Positions 29,810-39,012 of a stretch of 64,000 nt of DNA are shown in pieces. The notes beneath the pieces are model-generated. The model made no database searches. It was not told where the DNA came from and saw nothing but the letters and a program-made list of their open reading frames with translations. Made by a program: the position numbers and the translations under genes. The stretch's first letter is position 1. Every line of letters begins with the position of its first letter. The DNA is taken from NCBI GenBank assembly GCA_030648955.1, contig JAUSHB010000013.1, positions 76,675 to 140,674 on the forward strand, read 5' to 3'. Origin of the DNA: a bacterium (GTDB taxonomy: Bacteria > Patescibacteriota > Minisyncoccia > Phycocordibacterales > JAUSHB01).

Positions 29810-30004
29810 TTAGTTGTTTTCTTCTGGTAAATTCTTCCCCTCGACAACATCAATTCCCCCATCGCGCAATTGTTTTTCAAGCTCAGTTGCAGAAGGAGGC
29901 ATACCTTCTTTTGAATCATCAACATCAACCACGATACCTCCTGCTTCCATGAGTTTGTGGGCATTAATTTTTTCGTCTTTATTTTTTTTATCTTTACTGT
30001 CCAT
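29810..30004 (-). CDS. Small acidic hypothetical protein (uncertain)
   Basis: 64-aa ORF upstream of rpsO on the same strand; no recognised homology. Confidence 0.25.
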   Translation of the reverse strand: MDSKDKKNKDEKINAHKLMEAGGIVVDVDDSKEGMPPSATELEKQLRDGGIDVVEGKNLPEENN

Positions 30005-30191
30005 GTTTTGTTTTAATAACTTTAATAGATGTTACGAATGTGCATATTATCAGCAGATTTCTTTTAAAATCTGAGTAAATATATGCTTTTAAGTATATCA
30101 TACGCCGATAAATTAACAACAAGGTGCACTGGGTCAGTATATTGTGCGACACAATAGTTGTAGTATAATTGGCGTGTGGAATCCCGTAGTG

Positions 30192-30211
30192 CCTGCCTGC
30201 CGGTAGGCAGG
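30192..30211. repeat. GC-rich palindromic element CCTGCCTGCCGGTAGGCAGG (family member D)
   Basis: 20-mer near-palindrome in an AT-rich spacer; its reverse-complement variant occurs at 44230-44249. Confidence 0.6.
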
Positions 30212-30334
30212 AAAAATGGCATTAGAGAGGAGGGGGATGATTTTTATAAGCGCGCGCTATGTCGAAATATAATTACTAAATAAAACAATGTGGCAAATTT
30301 GCTCCACGGGAGCGATGCCATTTTCTACTACAGG

Positions 30335-31249
30335 ATGGAACTTGAAAATCTAAAACGACAATTTCTCGAACATCTTGAAATTGAAAAAGGGAGAAGTCTC
30401 AAAACGGTTGAAAACTATGATCGATATCTTTCACGGTTTTTTTCTTACGCAAAAATTTCAAATGCCAATGAAATAACCGAAGATGGCATAAGAAATTATC
30501 GGTTGTGGCTCAATAGGCAATCTGCAGGAGATTCACACAAAGGGGAAACGCTTAAAAAAAGAACCCAGAATTATTACCTCATTGCATTGCGGGCATTTCT
30601 TAAGTATTTGTCTGCACGGGGAATACCATCTCTATCGGCAGAAAAGATAGAGCTTGCAAAGGTATCTGAACGCAGTCTCGATCTCATATCCTCCGAAGAG
30701 TTGGAAAGACTTCTCTCTGCCCCAGAGGGAGATTCCATAAAACCCTTGCGGGATAAGGCTATTTTGGAACTTTTGTTCTCGACAGGACTTCGGGTTTCCG
30801 AACTGTGTTCTCTTTCACGCGACGTGGACTTAAAAAAAGACGAGTTTTCGGTGCGTGGGAAGGGGGATAAAATAAGAGTCGTCTTTTTTTCAGCGAGCGC
30901 AAAAGATGCGGTCAAAAAATATCTTGAAAAACGAACTGACATGGATGATGCATTGTTTATCAACATTGGCAGAGTGAATAAAGAAAAGAAAAGTATCCGA
31001 TTGACTCCAAGGTCAGTAGAACGAATTGTGAAGTACTACGCCGTTAAAGCAGGGATTTCACGTACGGTAACACCGCACATTATTCGCCATTCATTCGCGA
31101 CCGATCTTCTTGAAAATGGCGCTGACCTTCGTTCTGTACAGGCGCTTTTAGGGCATGCAAATATAAATACAACACAGATATACACCCATGTCACTGACAA
31201 ACATTTACGTGAAATTCACAAGGCGTTTCACGGGAAACGCCGAAAATAG
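30335..31249 (+). CDS. xerC: Tyrosine recombinase XerC/XerD family
   Basis: C-terminal catalytic motifs HIIRHSFATDLLENGADLRSVQALLGHANINTTQIYTHV (R..H..R..Y); start chosen at MELENLKRQF, alternative upstream start at 30290. Confidence 0.85.
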   Translation: MELENLKRQFLEHLEIEKGRSLKTVENYDRYLSRFFSYAKISNANEITEDGIRNYRLWLNRQSAGDSHKGETLKKRTQNYYLIALRAFLKYLSARGIPSLSAEKIELAKVSERSLDLISSEELERLLSAPEGDSIKPLRDKAILELLFSTGLRVSELCSLSRDVDLKKDEFSVRGKGDKIRVVFFSASAKDAVKKYLEKRTDMDDALFINIGRVNKEKKSIRLTPRSVERIVKYYAVKAGISRTVTPHIIRHSFATDLLENGADLRSVQALLGHANINTTQIYTHVTDKHLREIHKAFHGKRRK

Positions 31250-31271
31250 CCTTATAAAACAATCTATCTTC

Positions 31272-31294
31272 AATCCAAAGCCTCGCTTTGGATT
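31272..31294. other. Hairpin AATCCAAAGCCTCGCTTTGGATT between convergent xerC and cca
   Basis: 9-bp stem, 5-nt loop; shares the CCAAAGCCTCGC core with the hairpin at 24073-24103. Confidence 0.4.
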
Positions 31295-31308
31295 CTTTGG
31301 ATTGAAGG

Positions 31309-32808
31309 CTATTTAACCCAGTGGCGCTTTCGGATTTCCTCTATTTCTTGTGCCTCTTTTTCATCCTTCTTTTCCTTTCCTTTTTCGCCTAGTTTTTTAA
31401 GTTCCACATCGGGAAGTTTTGCAAGTTCAAGAGTTCGTTTTTTGAGGTAATCTTCCGTGTTGAGCTTTGGATCATCAAGGACTTCTTCAAGAAGAGCATG
31501 AAGAATGAAACCTATTCTTGGTCCCGGTGTTTCATGTGTAACATCGATTATCTTTGCTCCATCAATTTTAAGCATTCCAACGGACGTTGGGGAGCGCATC
31601 GCTTCCTCTATCATTGATTCATACTTTCGTAACCTATAGGGGGTTTCTTTTGGTCTTCCCATCCCGATTCTGTCGCATGCTCTGACTTTCATAAGATCCC
31701 ACACATTTTCTGGGCCGACGTTTTTCACAATACGGCGTACTGCCGAAAGTGTTATTTTCTCAACATCCGAGAAAAATAGGTGATATCTGACCAATTTTGA
31801 TACGGTCTCAACGATTTCACTAGGGAATTTGAGTCTTTTAAGGATTTCACGTGAAACACGTCCACCAACCACATCATGGCCATAAAACGTCCAATCATCA
31901 TTCTCTTTGGACCAACGTCGTGTTTCTGGCTTTGATACGTCGTGTAACAATGCTGCAAGTTTCACGTGTAACGGCCACCCCCTATCTGCTGAATGCTGGA
32001 GGGCTCTTAAGTTGTGTTCCCAAACACTGTAGATATGGTCACCGTTCTGTTCCAGATCTATACCAGCTTCAAGTTCTGGAACCACATACTTCAGAATTCC
32101 AAGTTTTTGAGCCAAGATTATTCCGATCATAGGAGAGGGGGAGTTTATGATTTTTATGAACTCATCGCGTATTCTTTCTTTCGCAATTTCTTTAAGACCT
32201 GCGCTTTCTTTTTTAATTGCATCTGCGGTATCTTTGTTAATCGTGAAACCAAGTTCCACAGAAAGCCTTACAGCACGGAGTATTCTAAGTGCGTCTTCGG
32301 AAAACCTATCGTGAGGAACCCCAACGGTTTTTATTGTTTTGTCCTTGATATCATCTTGTCCTTTATACGGATCTATAATTTGTCCTTGAGAAATATCGTA
32401 CGCAATAGCGTTCACGGTGAAATCGCGGCGCTTCAGATCATCCTCAATTTTTTCAGTAAACGTGACTTGGTCGGGTCTTCTTTTGTCACTGTAGACACCT
32501 TCGATTCTATAGGGTGTTACCTCGACAATTTTTAATGTTTCATCGTCTGTATTTTCATTGACCACCCCTACGGTGCCGTAGTCATTTTCGTAGAATGTCT
32601 TGGGGAAGATGGCAGTGATTTGATCTGGTTTTGCATTAGTGGTCACATCCCAGTCTTTTGGTTTTTTGCCAGAGATAATGTCACGTACGCACCCACCGAC
32701 GAGATACGCCTCAAAACCGGCTTTTTGCAGTGTTTGGGTTACTTGTGAAACTTCTTGTGGGATGATGTATTTACTCCCGTTGTTTTTTGAGCCACTCGCT
32801 TTCATCAT
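31309..32808 (-). CDS. cca: CCA-adding tRNA nucleotidyltransferase (PolyA_pol head plus HD domain)
   Basis: 499 aa; GGCVRDIISGKKPKDWDVTT nucleotidyltransferase motif, HD-domain histidines (LLHDVSKP). Confidence 0.8.
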   Translation of the reverse strand: MMKASGSKNNGSKYIIPQEVSQVTQTLQKAGFEAYLVGGCVRDIISGKKPKDWDVTTNAKPDQITAIFPKTFYENDYGTVGVVNENTDDETLKIVEVTPYRIEGVYSDKRRPDQVTFTEKIEDDLKRRDFTVNAIAYDISQGQIIDPYKGQDDIKDKTIKTVGVPHDRFSEDALRILRAVRLSVELGFTINKDTADAIKKESAGLKEIAKERIRDEFIKIINSPSPMIGIILAQKLGILKYVVPELEAGIDLEQNGDHIYSVWEHNLRALQHSADRGWPLHVKLAALLHDVSKPETRRWSKENDDWTFYGHDVVGGRVSREILKRLKFPSEIVETVSKLVRYHLFFSDVEKITLSAVRRIVKNVGPENVWDLMKVRACDRIGMGRPKETPYRLRKYESMIEEAMRSPTSVGMLKIDGAKIIDVTHETPGPRIGFILHALLEEVLDDPKLNTEDYLKKRTLELAKLPDVELKKLGEKGKEKKDEKEAQEIEEIRKRHWVK

Positions 32809-32893
32809 AAGCCTTATTTTATTCCACTTTTTGATTTTTTACTAATTTGAAGGTATAGTTGATACGCTCTAAGTTGTCACGTTAGTTTAAGGT

Positions 32894-32965
32894 GCCCCTG
32901 TAGTGAAATGGATATCACGCGACGCTTCGGACGTCGTATTGTAGGTTCGAGTCCTGCCGGGGGCA
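32894..32965 (+). tRNA. tRNA-Arg (anticodon TCG)
   Basis: Hand-folded cloverleaf. Acceptor GCCCCTG/CGGGGGC with one G-U pair; D-stem GTGA/TCAC; anticodon stem CGACG/CGTCG with loop CTTCGGA; T-arm GTAGG-TTCGAGT-CCTGC; no encoded CCA. Confidence 0.65.
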
Positions 32966-33044
32966 TAAGTAAATAGCGAATAAACCAAATAACTACCAAT
33001 GACACCATGCAGGGTTCTTTCTTGTTTTTGAAAACCGAACCATT

Positions 33045-33758
33045 GTGCTATACTGTTATTACAACATGAGGAATGATAAAAATAGGGCAATAGAGCTTAG
33101 AAGGTTTGGAAAAAGTTATAACCAAATCAACCAAGAATTACGCATACCAAAAAGCACTCTTTCTGAATGGTTTGGTGGCGCTGACTGGTCGAAAAAGATA
33201 AGGAAAGAACTTGATACAATGGCTAGGTATGACCATAAAATTCGTATCGAAAAACTTAACAATATTAGAGGTAATAACCTTAAAAAACTTTATGTGCAAG
33301 CCAAAGAAGAAGCTATCAGCGATTTTGAAAAACTGAAATATCACCCATTGTTTATTGCGGGGGTTATGTTGTATTGGGGGGAGGGTGACAAAGTGTCAAC
33401 GCATAGAGTTGCGCTCACAAACACAGATCCCAAAATGATCAAACTTTTTACTATTTTTCTCAAAGATCTTTGTAGAATAGACAAAAAACGAATCAAAATA
33501 TGGCTTCTTTTATACCCGGATCTTAAGGAAGAAGAGTGTAAAAAATACTGGAAAGAATATGCCGGGTTAGAAGGTTTCGCCTTTAATAAAAGCATTGTTA
33601 TCAAGGGAAAACATAAAACCAAAAGATTGCACCATGGTGTTTGTACTGTCGTTGTTTCCAGTAGATATTTGAAAGAAAAAATGATACTATGGCTTTCGTT
33701 ATTCCCCGATGTTGTTATTGGAAGGGAGTATTACCAAGCGGGTATGGTTCAATGGTAG
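33045..33758 (+). CDS. HTH plus LAGLIDADG-like (homing-endonuclease-related) protein
   Basis: 237 aa; N-terminal HTH-like segment (ELRIPKSTLSEWF); FIAGVMLYWGEGDKVSTHRVALTNTD...LFTIFLKDL matches a single LAGLIDADG motif region; the 3' end overlaps the start of tRNA-Gly by about 21 nt. Confidence 0.5.
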   Translation: MLYCYYNMRNDKNRAIELRRFGKSYNQINQELRIPKSTLSEWFGGADWSKKIRKELDTMARYDHKIRIEKLNNIRGNNLKKLYVQAKEEAISDFEKLKYHPLFIAGVMLYWGEGDKVSTHRVALTNTDPKMIKLFTIFLKDLCRIDKKRIKIWLLLYPDLKEEECKKYWKEYAGLEGFAFNKSIVIKGKHKTKRLHHGVCTVVVSSRYLKEKMILWLSLFPDVVIGREYYQAGMVQW

Positions 33759-33808
33759 AATAACTGGTTGCCAATCAGTTGATGGGAGTTCGATTCTCCC
33801 TACCCGCA
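33738..33808 (+). tRNA. tRNA-Gly (anticodon GCC)
   Basis: Acceptor GCGGGTA/TACCCGC; anticodon stem ACTGG/TCAGT with loop TTGCCAA; T-arm GGGAG-TTCGATT-CTCCC. Confidence 0.75.
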
Positions 33809-34197
33809 CAAAATTTTTTTGCAAGGTGAAAAATATTTAATGTTGCATATTAAACTCTAAATAAAATTACACACCAAGTCATATTTTTATTACACACAGT
33901 TTTGTCTTATTGAGTCAATAAAAATTTTGTTAAAATAAGGGCACATTGAGTGAAATGTGTGGATAACTATGGGGATAGTGTGCATAAAAGACAATGTCAA
34001 ATTTTATGAAAAATGTCCTATTTTTCAATTATCTAATAAAAAACATTTTTATTTTTACTAAAATACGCCTTAAAATAAAGGAATTATAGCTTGTTGGCGC
34101 GATAAGACGAGAAGAAACAAAAAATCATAAAGTTAAGTCGCCTATCAGCCAAAATAATTTTTTAAAGCAGGGGGCAAGCTGGCATAATAAACGCTTA

Positions 34198-34608
34198 TTG
34201 AGTCAAATGGTTTCACAAAATAACATTATCGGGACACTCGGGGAAAGTATTGCTTGTAGATTTCTGTCAAACAAGGGATTCTCCATTGTTAAAAAAAATT
34301 ACCGGAAAAAGTGGGGAGAAATTGATATTATTGCAAAAAAAGATAGTATCATTCATTTTGTTGAAGTAAAGTCTGTTTCTCGAGCCCATGGTTATGGAGG
34401 TATTAATAATGCGAACGATGAATTTATGCCTGAAGAAAATATCCATCCTGAAAAAATAAGAAGACTCTTGAGGACAATTAATTCATATATATCAGAAAAA
34501 CATTTACACAATAAAGACATAGAGTGGCAACTTGATGCCCTTGTTGTAGTGTTGGATCAAAATGAGAAAAAAGCTCATGTAAGGGTTGTTGAAAATATTA
34601 CGACATAG
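34198..34608 (+). CDS. yraN: YraN-family (UPF0102) endonuclease-like protein
   Basis: 136 aa; GESIACRFLSNKGFSIV...GEIDIIAKKDSIIHFVEVK matches the YraN/UPF0102 core. Confidence 0.75.
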   Translation: MSQMVSQNNIIGTLGESIACRFLSNKGFSIVKKNYRKKWGEIDIIAKKDSIIHFVEVKSVSRAHGYGGINNANDEFMPEENIHPEKIRRLLRTINSYISEKHLHNKDIEWQLDALVVVLDQNEKKAHVRVVENITT

Positions 34609-34727
34609 TATCGTTTGATTAACCACATATACTTTGAGTTCATTGGTCCCCTGTGTTAATATCTTCTCTACGTTATCGCTTGGGTCAAAAGAGAGTTTAA
34701 CGCGGGGGTGTAGTATATATGATTTGG

Positions 34728-34827
34728 GATTAATTTCTATCTCGGGGCGTAGTATAGTGGTAGTATATATGCTTTGGGAGCATAGGGTCCGAGTTCGATT
34801 CTCGGCGCCCCGAGATAGAAATTAATC
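34728..34827. repeat. Perfect 22-bp inverted repeat (GATTAATTTCTATCTCGGGGCG / CGCCCCGAGATAGAAATTAATC) enclosing tRNA-Pro
   Basis: Positions 34728-34749 pair perfectly with 34806-34827; the inner 7 bp are the tRNA acceptor stem. Confidence 0.7.
34743..34813 (+). tRNA. tRNA-Pro (anticodon TGG)
   Basis: Acceptor CGGGGCG/CGCCCCG perfect; D-stem GTAT/GTAT (two G-U pairs); anticodon stem TATGC/GCATA with loop TTTGGGA (G37); T-arm CCGAG-TTCGATT-CTCGG; 4-nt variable loop. Confidence 0.65.
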
Positions 34828-34875
34828 GAATTTTTTCTAACTTTTTTATGACCATAGAGATGTGCACAGGTAAAA

Positions 34876-34905
34876 TTGATTGATATCCTATATATTTTGT
34901 ATAAT
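34876..34905 (+). promoter_or_regulatory. Sigma70-like promoter (TTGATT-18 nt-TATAAT) for the downstream gene
   Basis: -35 TTGATT at 34876-34881, -10 TATAAT at 34900-34905, 18-nt spacer, about 20 nt upstream of the ORF at 34923. Confidence 0.35.
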
Positions 34906-34922
34906 GGAGTTTACACAACCTC

Positions 34923-35336
34923 TTGCGGTTGTTTCAGTGGATTGTACTAAATACAATGATCGACCAAGATACTCAAAAAACGAACTTTAATAACGTGTGG
35001 TGCGAAAATGGAATAGTCTACTACACCATAAGCGCACCTGTTGACGAAAAGGAGGCAGTACGGCTTGATACAGTCGGAGAGGGATTTATCAATACAGGAG
35101 AAGCATCTTTTGTATTAATCAACATTGAAAAGTCGAAAGAATTTTCATCATCAGCGCGAAAGGCGTGGGTGAAGTTTTTACAAAATCCAAAAATCAAGAG
35201 AACCGCAATGTTTGGAGGAAATGTTTTTGTGCGCACTCTCGCATCGTTTGTGATTGCTGCTGCGGGAAAAGAAAACATCAAGTTTTTTGGAACCGAGCAA
35301 GAGGCGCTTGGGTGGCTTCACTCTACCAGTTCTTAA
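34923..35336 (+). CDS. Hypothetical protein, possibly STAS/SpoIIAA-like fold
   Basis: 137-aa ORF; weak resemblance to SpoIIAA-like/STAS-fold domain-of-unknown-function proteins; leads the signalling island. Confidence 0.4.
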   Translation: MRLFQWIVLNTMIDQDTQKTNFNNVWCENGIVYYTISAPVDEKEAVRLDTVGEGFINTGEASFVLINIEKSKEFSSSARKAWVKFLQNPKIKRTAMFGGNVFVRTLASFVIAAAGKENIKFFGTEQEALGWLHSTSS

Positions 35337-35415
35337 TGTTCCTAGTTTCAAATAGCTTTGCACATTTATTTGATGTACAATAATTAGTAATCTTAATAAT
35401 ATAATATTATCAACC

Positions 35416-35625
35416 ATGAAGAAGCTTACTTGTAGGGATATTGGAGTTGATTGTGATATAGAATTTCTTGGCGAGACCGAAGATGAAATTATGAAAAAGG
35501 CCGCGGAACACGCTTCATCTGCGCATAACCTTCCCTCAATTCCGCCACACATTGATGAAAAATGTAGAAAAGCGATTAGGGTTATTAATGTGATGGATCT
35601 GGGGGTTGGTGGCACCACTCAATGA
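35416..35625 (+). CDS. DUF1059-family small protein
   Basis: 69 aa; MKKLTCRDIGVDCDIEFLGETEDEIMKKAAEHASSAHNLPSIPP matches the DUF1059 pattern (MKxFxCRDIGxDCDFE...AxxHxxxxH). Confidence 0.65.
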   Translation: MKKLTCRDIGVDCDIEFLGETEDEIMKKAAEHASSAHNLPSIPPHIDEKCRKAIRVINVMDLGVGGTTQ

Positions 35626-35895
35626 GACGTTTTGTTGAGTGAACAAACGTGTTTTACAAAGTACTCAAAAATACATGCCCTGTGACGGTGAACAGGGTGA
35701 ATCTCGTATAGAGTAAAAAAGTTATGAATTACAGCTGTATTTTGAAAAACAAGAGAATTGATGAACAGGGGACTCAATGTGGTGTAAATAATCAACGAAA
35801 ACAATTGAGTACGATCCATTTGTCTGAAAAAAATATTATTAGATATATTAGGGGTGGAAGCGGTGTAATACGTACCGTTTCCGACCTCTAGCGAG

Positions 35896-37713
35896 ATGAA
35901 TAATCTCGAAACAGGAACACTCCTGTCTTTCATTGCCGAAGGACTCGTTTTATTTGATGGCAATGGTCAAGTGACTATGGTGAATCCTCACGCAAGTCTT
36001 TTGCTTGATTATACAGCTGACGAATTTGTGGGGAAAAACATTGATACATTATTTGAAGTTTATCTCGATGACTACTTGATTCCCGAGAGTGAACGCATTG
36101 CCAACGCCGTTTTTATTTTAGGTGAACCATTTAAGACACCGCGAGGGAAGACTGTATATTTTAAATCTAAAAGTGGGAAAAAATTTCCCGTGTTTATTTC
36201 CGCCAAAGCTATAAAAACAGAAGAAAAAACAAGCGGAGTACTTATTTTTCGCGATATTACCATAGAAAAAGAGCTTGAAAATTACAAGATAAATACAGCA
36301 AAAAGACTTTCTGAATTGACGCCAATTCTACAACAAGCCTCAACAGGAGAGTTTTTAGGAACAGGTGTTACCATTCCAGAAGTGGAAGATGAATTTACGG
36401 AATTGATTGTTGGGCTGAAGCTTATGCTCGATGACCTGGGTGCGCTCGATAGCGCGCGTGAAAAAAACCAACATGAAAAGATCGAAGTCGTTAAAAAGAC
36501 TGAAGAAGAACGTCGCAAGCTCACAGAATTATATTCAAAAGAACTTGAGGGGAAGGTTGAGCAAAAAACTGGAGAACTGAACCGCGCAAAAACACATATC
36601 GAGACTATTATAGAAAATCTTACGAGCGGTCTTATTGAGTATGATAGCTTGTTTACTATTGTGCGTATAAATAAAACTGCCGAAGATATGCTTGGTGTTT
36701 CAAGAAAAGATGTTTTAGGGAAGAGAATAGAGCCAAAAAATATACACGAGAGGCCTGAATGGAAATCACTCATCGAAGTTTCTTACCCAGCTCTTTCGCA
36801 GTCTGTGCGAAAGATAACTAAAGAAGTTTCTGGGGTTGATGCAGATGTAGCTGACCTCATGATCACATTTCCCCTCGAACGTGAAGTTCAAGTAACAACA
36901 CTTCCCATTGCGAGCGTTTTCTCTGGTGACTCCAAGGGTTTTATTAAAGCAATTCGTGATGTAACTCGCGAAAGGATAATAGGTCGCAGTAAAAGCGAAT
37001 TTATCTCTATTGCGGCTCATCAGCTACGTACACCACTTTCTGCCGTGAAATGGGCCATGCGTCTCCTTATGGACGGTGACCTTGGTGTTATGAACACATC
37101 GCAGTTGAAACTCCTTGCGCGGGGTTATGAAACAAACGAAAAAATGATCCGGTTGGTTAACGACCTTTTAAACATTTCTCGTATCGAGGACGGGAGATTT
37201 GGGTATCGATTTAATAAAGCAAATATTATCGAAACCATTGAGTCAATCGCGGCCAATTCGTCGATTAGTGCTCGTGAACATGGGATTAATGTTCATATTA
37301 ATCCACCACCCCAACCAATCCAGCTTTTTGTATTTGATCACGAAAAAATCTCTCTAGCATTTCAGAATTTAATCGATAATGCCATCAAATATACCCAAAA
37401 GGGCGGGGTAATAACTGTGGATATCATACAAGAAGATATGTTTGTAAAAATAAGTGTACATGACACCGGGGTTGGTATACCAAAAGGGCAGATCGGTCGC
37501 TTATTCACAAAGTTTTTCCGTGCGGATAATGTTATGCACATGCAAACATCGGGGTCGGGACTCGGATTGTTTATTGTGAAGAACATTATTGCTAGACATG
37601 GCGGGAAAATAAGCGTAGAATCTGATGAGAATAAGGGCTCTACCTTTTGGTTCACGCTTCCTCTTGACGAAAATCTTATACCGTCAAAAGACGAACGAGT
37701 GGCGTATTACTAA
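35896..37713 (+). CDS. Cytoplasmic multi-PAS sensor histidine kinase
   Basis: 605 aa; PAS-like repeats, HisKA H-box (ISIAAHQLRTPLSAV), HATPase_c N/G1/G2 boxes (LIDNAIKYT; HDTGVGIP; GSGLGLFIVKNII); no TM segments. Confidence 0.85.
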   Translation: MNNLETGTLLSFIAEGLVLFDGNGQVTMVNPHASLLLDYTADEFVGKNIDTLFEVYLDDYLIPESERIANAVFILGEPFKTPRGKTVYFKSKSGKKFPVFISAKAIKTEEKTSGVLIFRDITIEKELENYKINTAKRLSELTPILQQASTGEFLGTGVTIPEVEDEFTELIVGLKLMLDDLGALDSAREKNQHEKIEVVKKTEEERRKLTELYSKELEGKVEQKTGELNRAKTHIETIIENLTSGLIEYDSLFTIVRINKTAEDMLGVSRKDVLGKRIEPKNIHERPEWKSLIEVSYPALSQSVRKITKEVSGVDADVADLMITFPLEREVQVTTLPIASVFSGDSKGFIKAIRDVTRERIIGRSKSEFISIAAHQLRTPLSAVKWAMRLLMDGDLGVMNTSQLKLLARGYETNEKMIRLVNDLLNISRIEDGRFGYRFNKANIIETIESIAANSSISAREHGINVHINPPPQPIQLFVFDHEKISLAFQNLIDNAIKYTQKGGVITVDIIQEDMFVKISVHDTGVGIPKGQIGRLFTKFFRADNVMHMQTSGSGLGLFIVKNIIARHGGKISVESDENKGSTFWFTLPLDENLIPSKDERVAYY

Positions 37714-37725
37714 AATATTTAGAAA

Positions 37726-37850
37726 AATAGTGAGCGACCTAAATTTCGCGAGTGAAACGAGCTAGAAATTGGGAGTGCCGAGAGGCCGACCTAAATTTCT
37801 TGCGAGTTGTGTGAGTGTAGAAATTGGAAGTATCCCTGTGGTGCACAGTA
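37726..37850. repeat. Two tandem copies of a ~53-bp repeat (CGACCTAAATTTCTTRCGAGT...GTAGAAATTGGRAGTGCCRAGAG)
   Basis: Read directly; near-identical to the two tandem copies at 39352-39470; each unit has an internal AAATTTCT/AGAAATT inverted repeat. Confidence 0.6.
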
Positions 37851-37957
37851 AATCATTTTTTTACCCAGTGCCATTTTTACAACTCAAGGTAACGTAACTA
37901 ATTAAGAATATTGCCGGGTGATGGTTTTGAATTCACTTGATTCATTAAAAATTAATC

Positions 37958-38824
37958 ATGGAAAAAAAGAAAATATTAGTTGTTGAAGATGATAGTGTGC
38001 TCCGAGATGTTTTGATTACAAAGCTCAATAAAACAGGATATATCGCATTGGGAGCAGAAGATGGGGAAGTGGCAATGGAGGTTATGAGAAAAGATAAGCC
38101 AGACCTCATATTACTTGATATTTTGATGCCTAAAAAAGATGGTATGCAGGTCATGGAAGAAATGAACCAAGATGAAAACCTCAAGAATATTCCAATTGTG
38201 GTCGTTTCAAATTCCGGACAACCTGTTGAAATAGAACGAGCGAAAAATTTAGGTGCCCGAGACTTTCTTATAAAGGCAGTTTTTGAACCTAACGAAGTGC
38301 TTGAAAAAGTAGATAATATATTGGGAAGACAAAATTTCTCACAAAACCAAGCCGACACAAGTGCGGCACATATACCAGAAACAACCACGGATACTTACAT
38401 GAATAATGTTACACAAGCCAGTACACCTGCTCCCGTGAATTTGAACAACACAAAGATTATGGTTGTTGAGGACGATAAGTTTCTTCGCGAGCTACTCGTC
38501 CGCAAACTTTATAGTGAAGGGTTTGTTGTCGAAAGTGCCATTGATGCTACGGGTGCATTTGAAATACTTACACGATTTATTCCAAGCCTAATACTTCTTG
38601 ACCTAATCCTTCCGGGAGTAGACGGTTTTGAGATTCTTTCAAGGATCAAGAAAGATAATGCACTTTCTGCAATCCCCGTAATCATTTTAAGTAATCTGGG
38701 ACAAAAAGAAGATATTGAACGCGCCATGTCTCTCGGGGCTATAGATTTCATGGTGAAAGCAAATTTTACTCTTGATGAGATTGCAAGTAAAGCTAAAAAA
38801 GTTGTAAACGGGGGGAGTAATTAG
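37958..38824 (+). CDS. Tandem receiver (REC-REC) response regulator without output domain
   Basis: 288 aa; two CheY-like domains, each with acidic pocket and phospho-acceptor Asp context (ILLDILMP; ILLDLILP), linked by an S/T/N-rich spacer. Confidence 0.85.
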   Translation: MEKKKILVVEDDSVLRDVLITKLNKTGYIALGAEDGEVAMEVMRKDKPDLILLDILMPKKDGMQVMEEMNQDENLKNIPIVVVSNSGQPVEIERAKNLGARDFLIKAVFEPNEVLEKVDNILGRQNFSQNQADTSAAHIPETTTDTYMNNVTQASTPAPVNLNNTKIMVVEDDKFLRELLVRKLYSEGFVVESAIDATGAFEILTRFIPSLILLDLILPGVDGFEILSRIKKDNALSAIPVIILSNLGQKEDIERAMSLGAIDFMVKANFTLDEIASKAKKVVNGGSN

Positions 38825-39012
38825 ATCACGTTAATTTACCCACTTTGTTGTGGTACTTAGAGTTTTAACTAGGCATTAGGTGTTGAACGGGCACTAAGAA
38901 ATATTTTTTGAATTTACATGAGGAAAGATTTTAATTAAAAGTCCCGTGGGTGCGGGGGAGGGTTCATTGCAGCGGTCTTTATATTTTGGTAGTATAAATT
39001 TCGTTATAATCT

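Noticed and set aside
33810-34197. AT-rich 388-bp spacer with one DnaA box considered as oriC
   Set aside because: It holds only a single box and no DnaA-box cluster or adjacent dnaA/dnaN. The yidC-jag block at the window start points to an origin outside this window.
34634-34918. Two mirror-image ORFs (34634-34825 plus, 34730-34918 minus), both ending in PRDRN
   Set aside because: Both are artefacts of the 22-bp perfect inverted repeat that flanks tRNA-Pro, and they overlap the tRNA itself.
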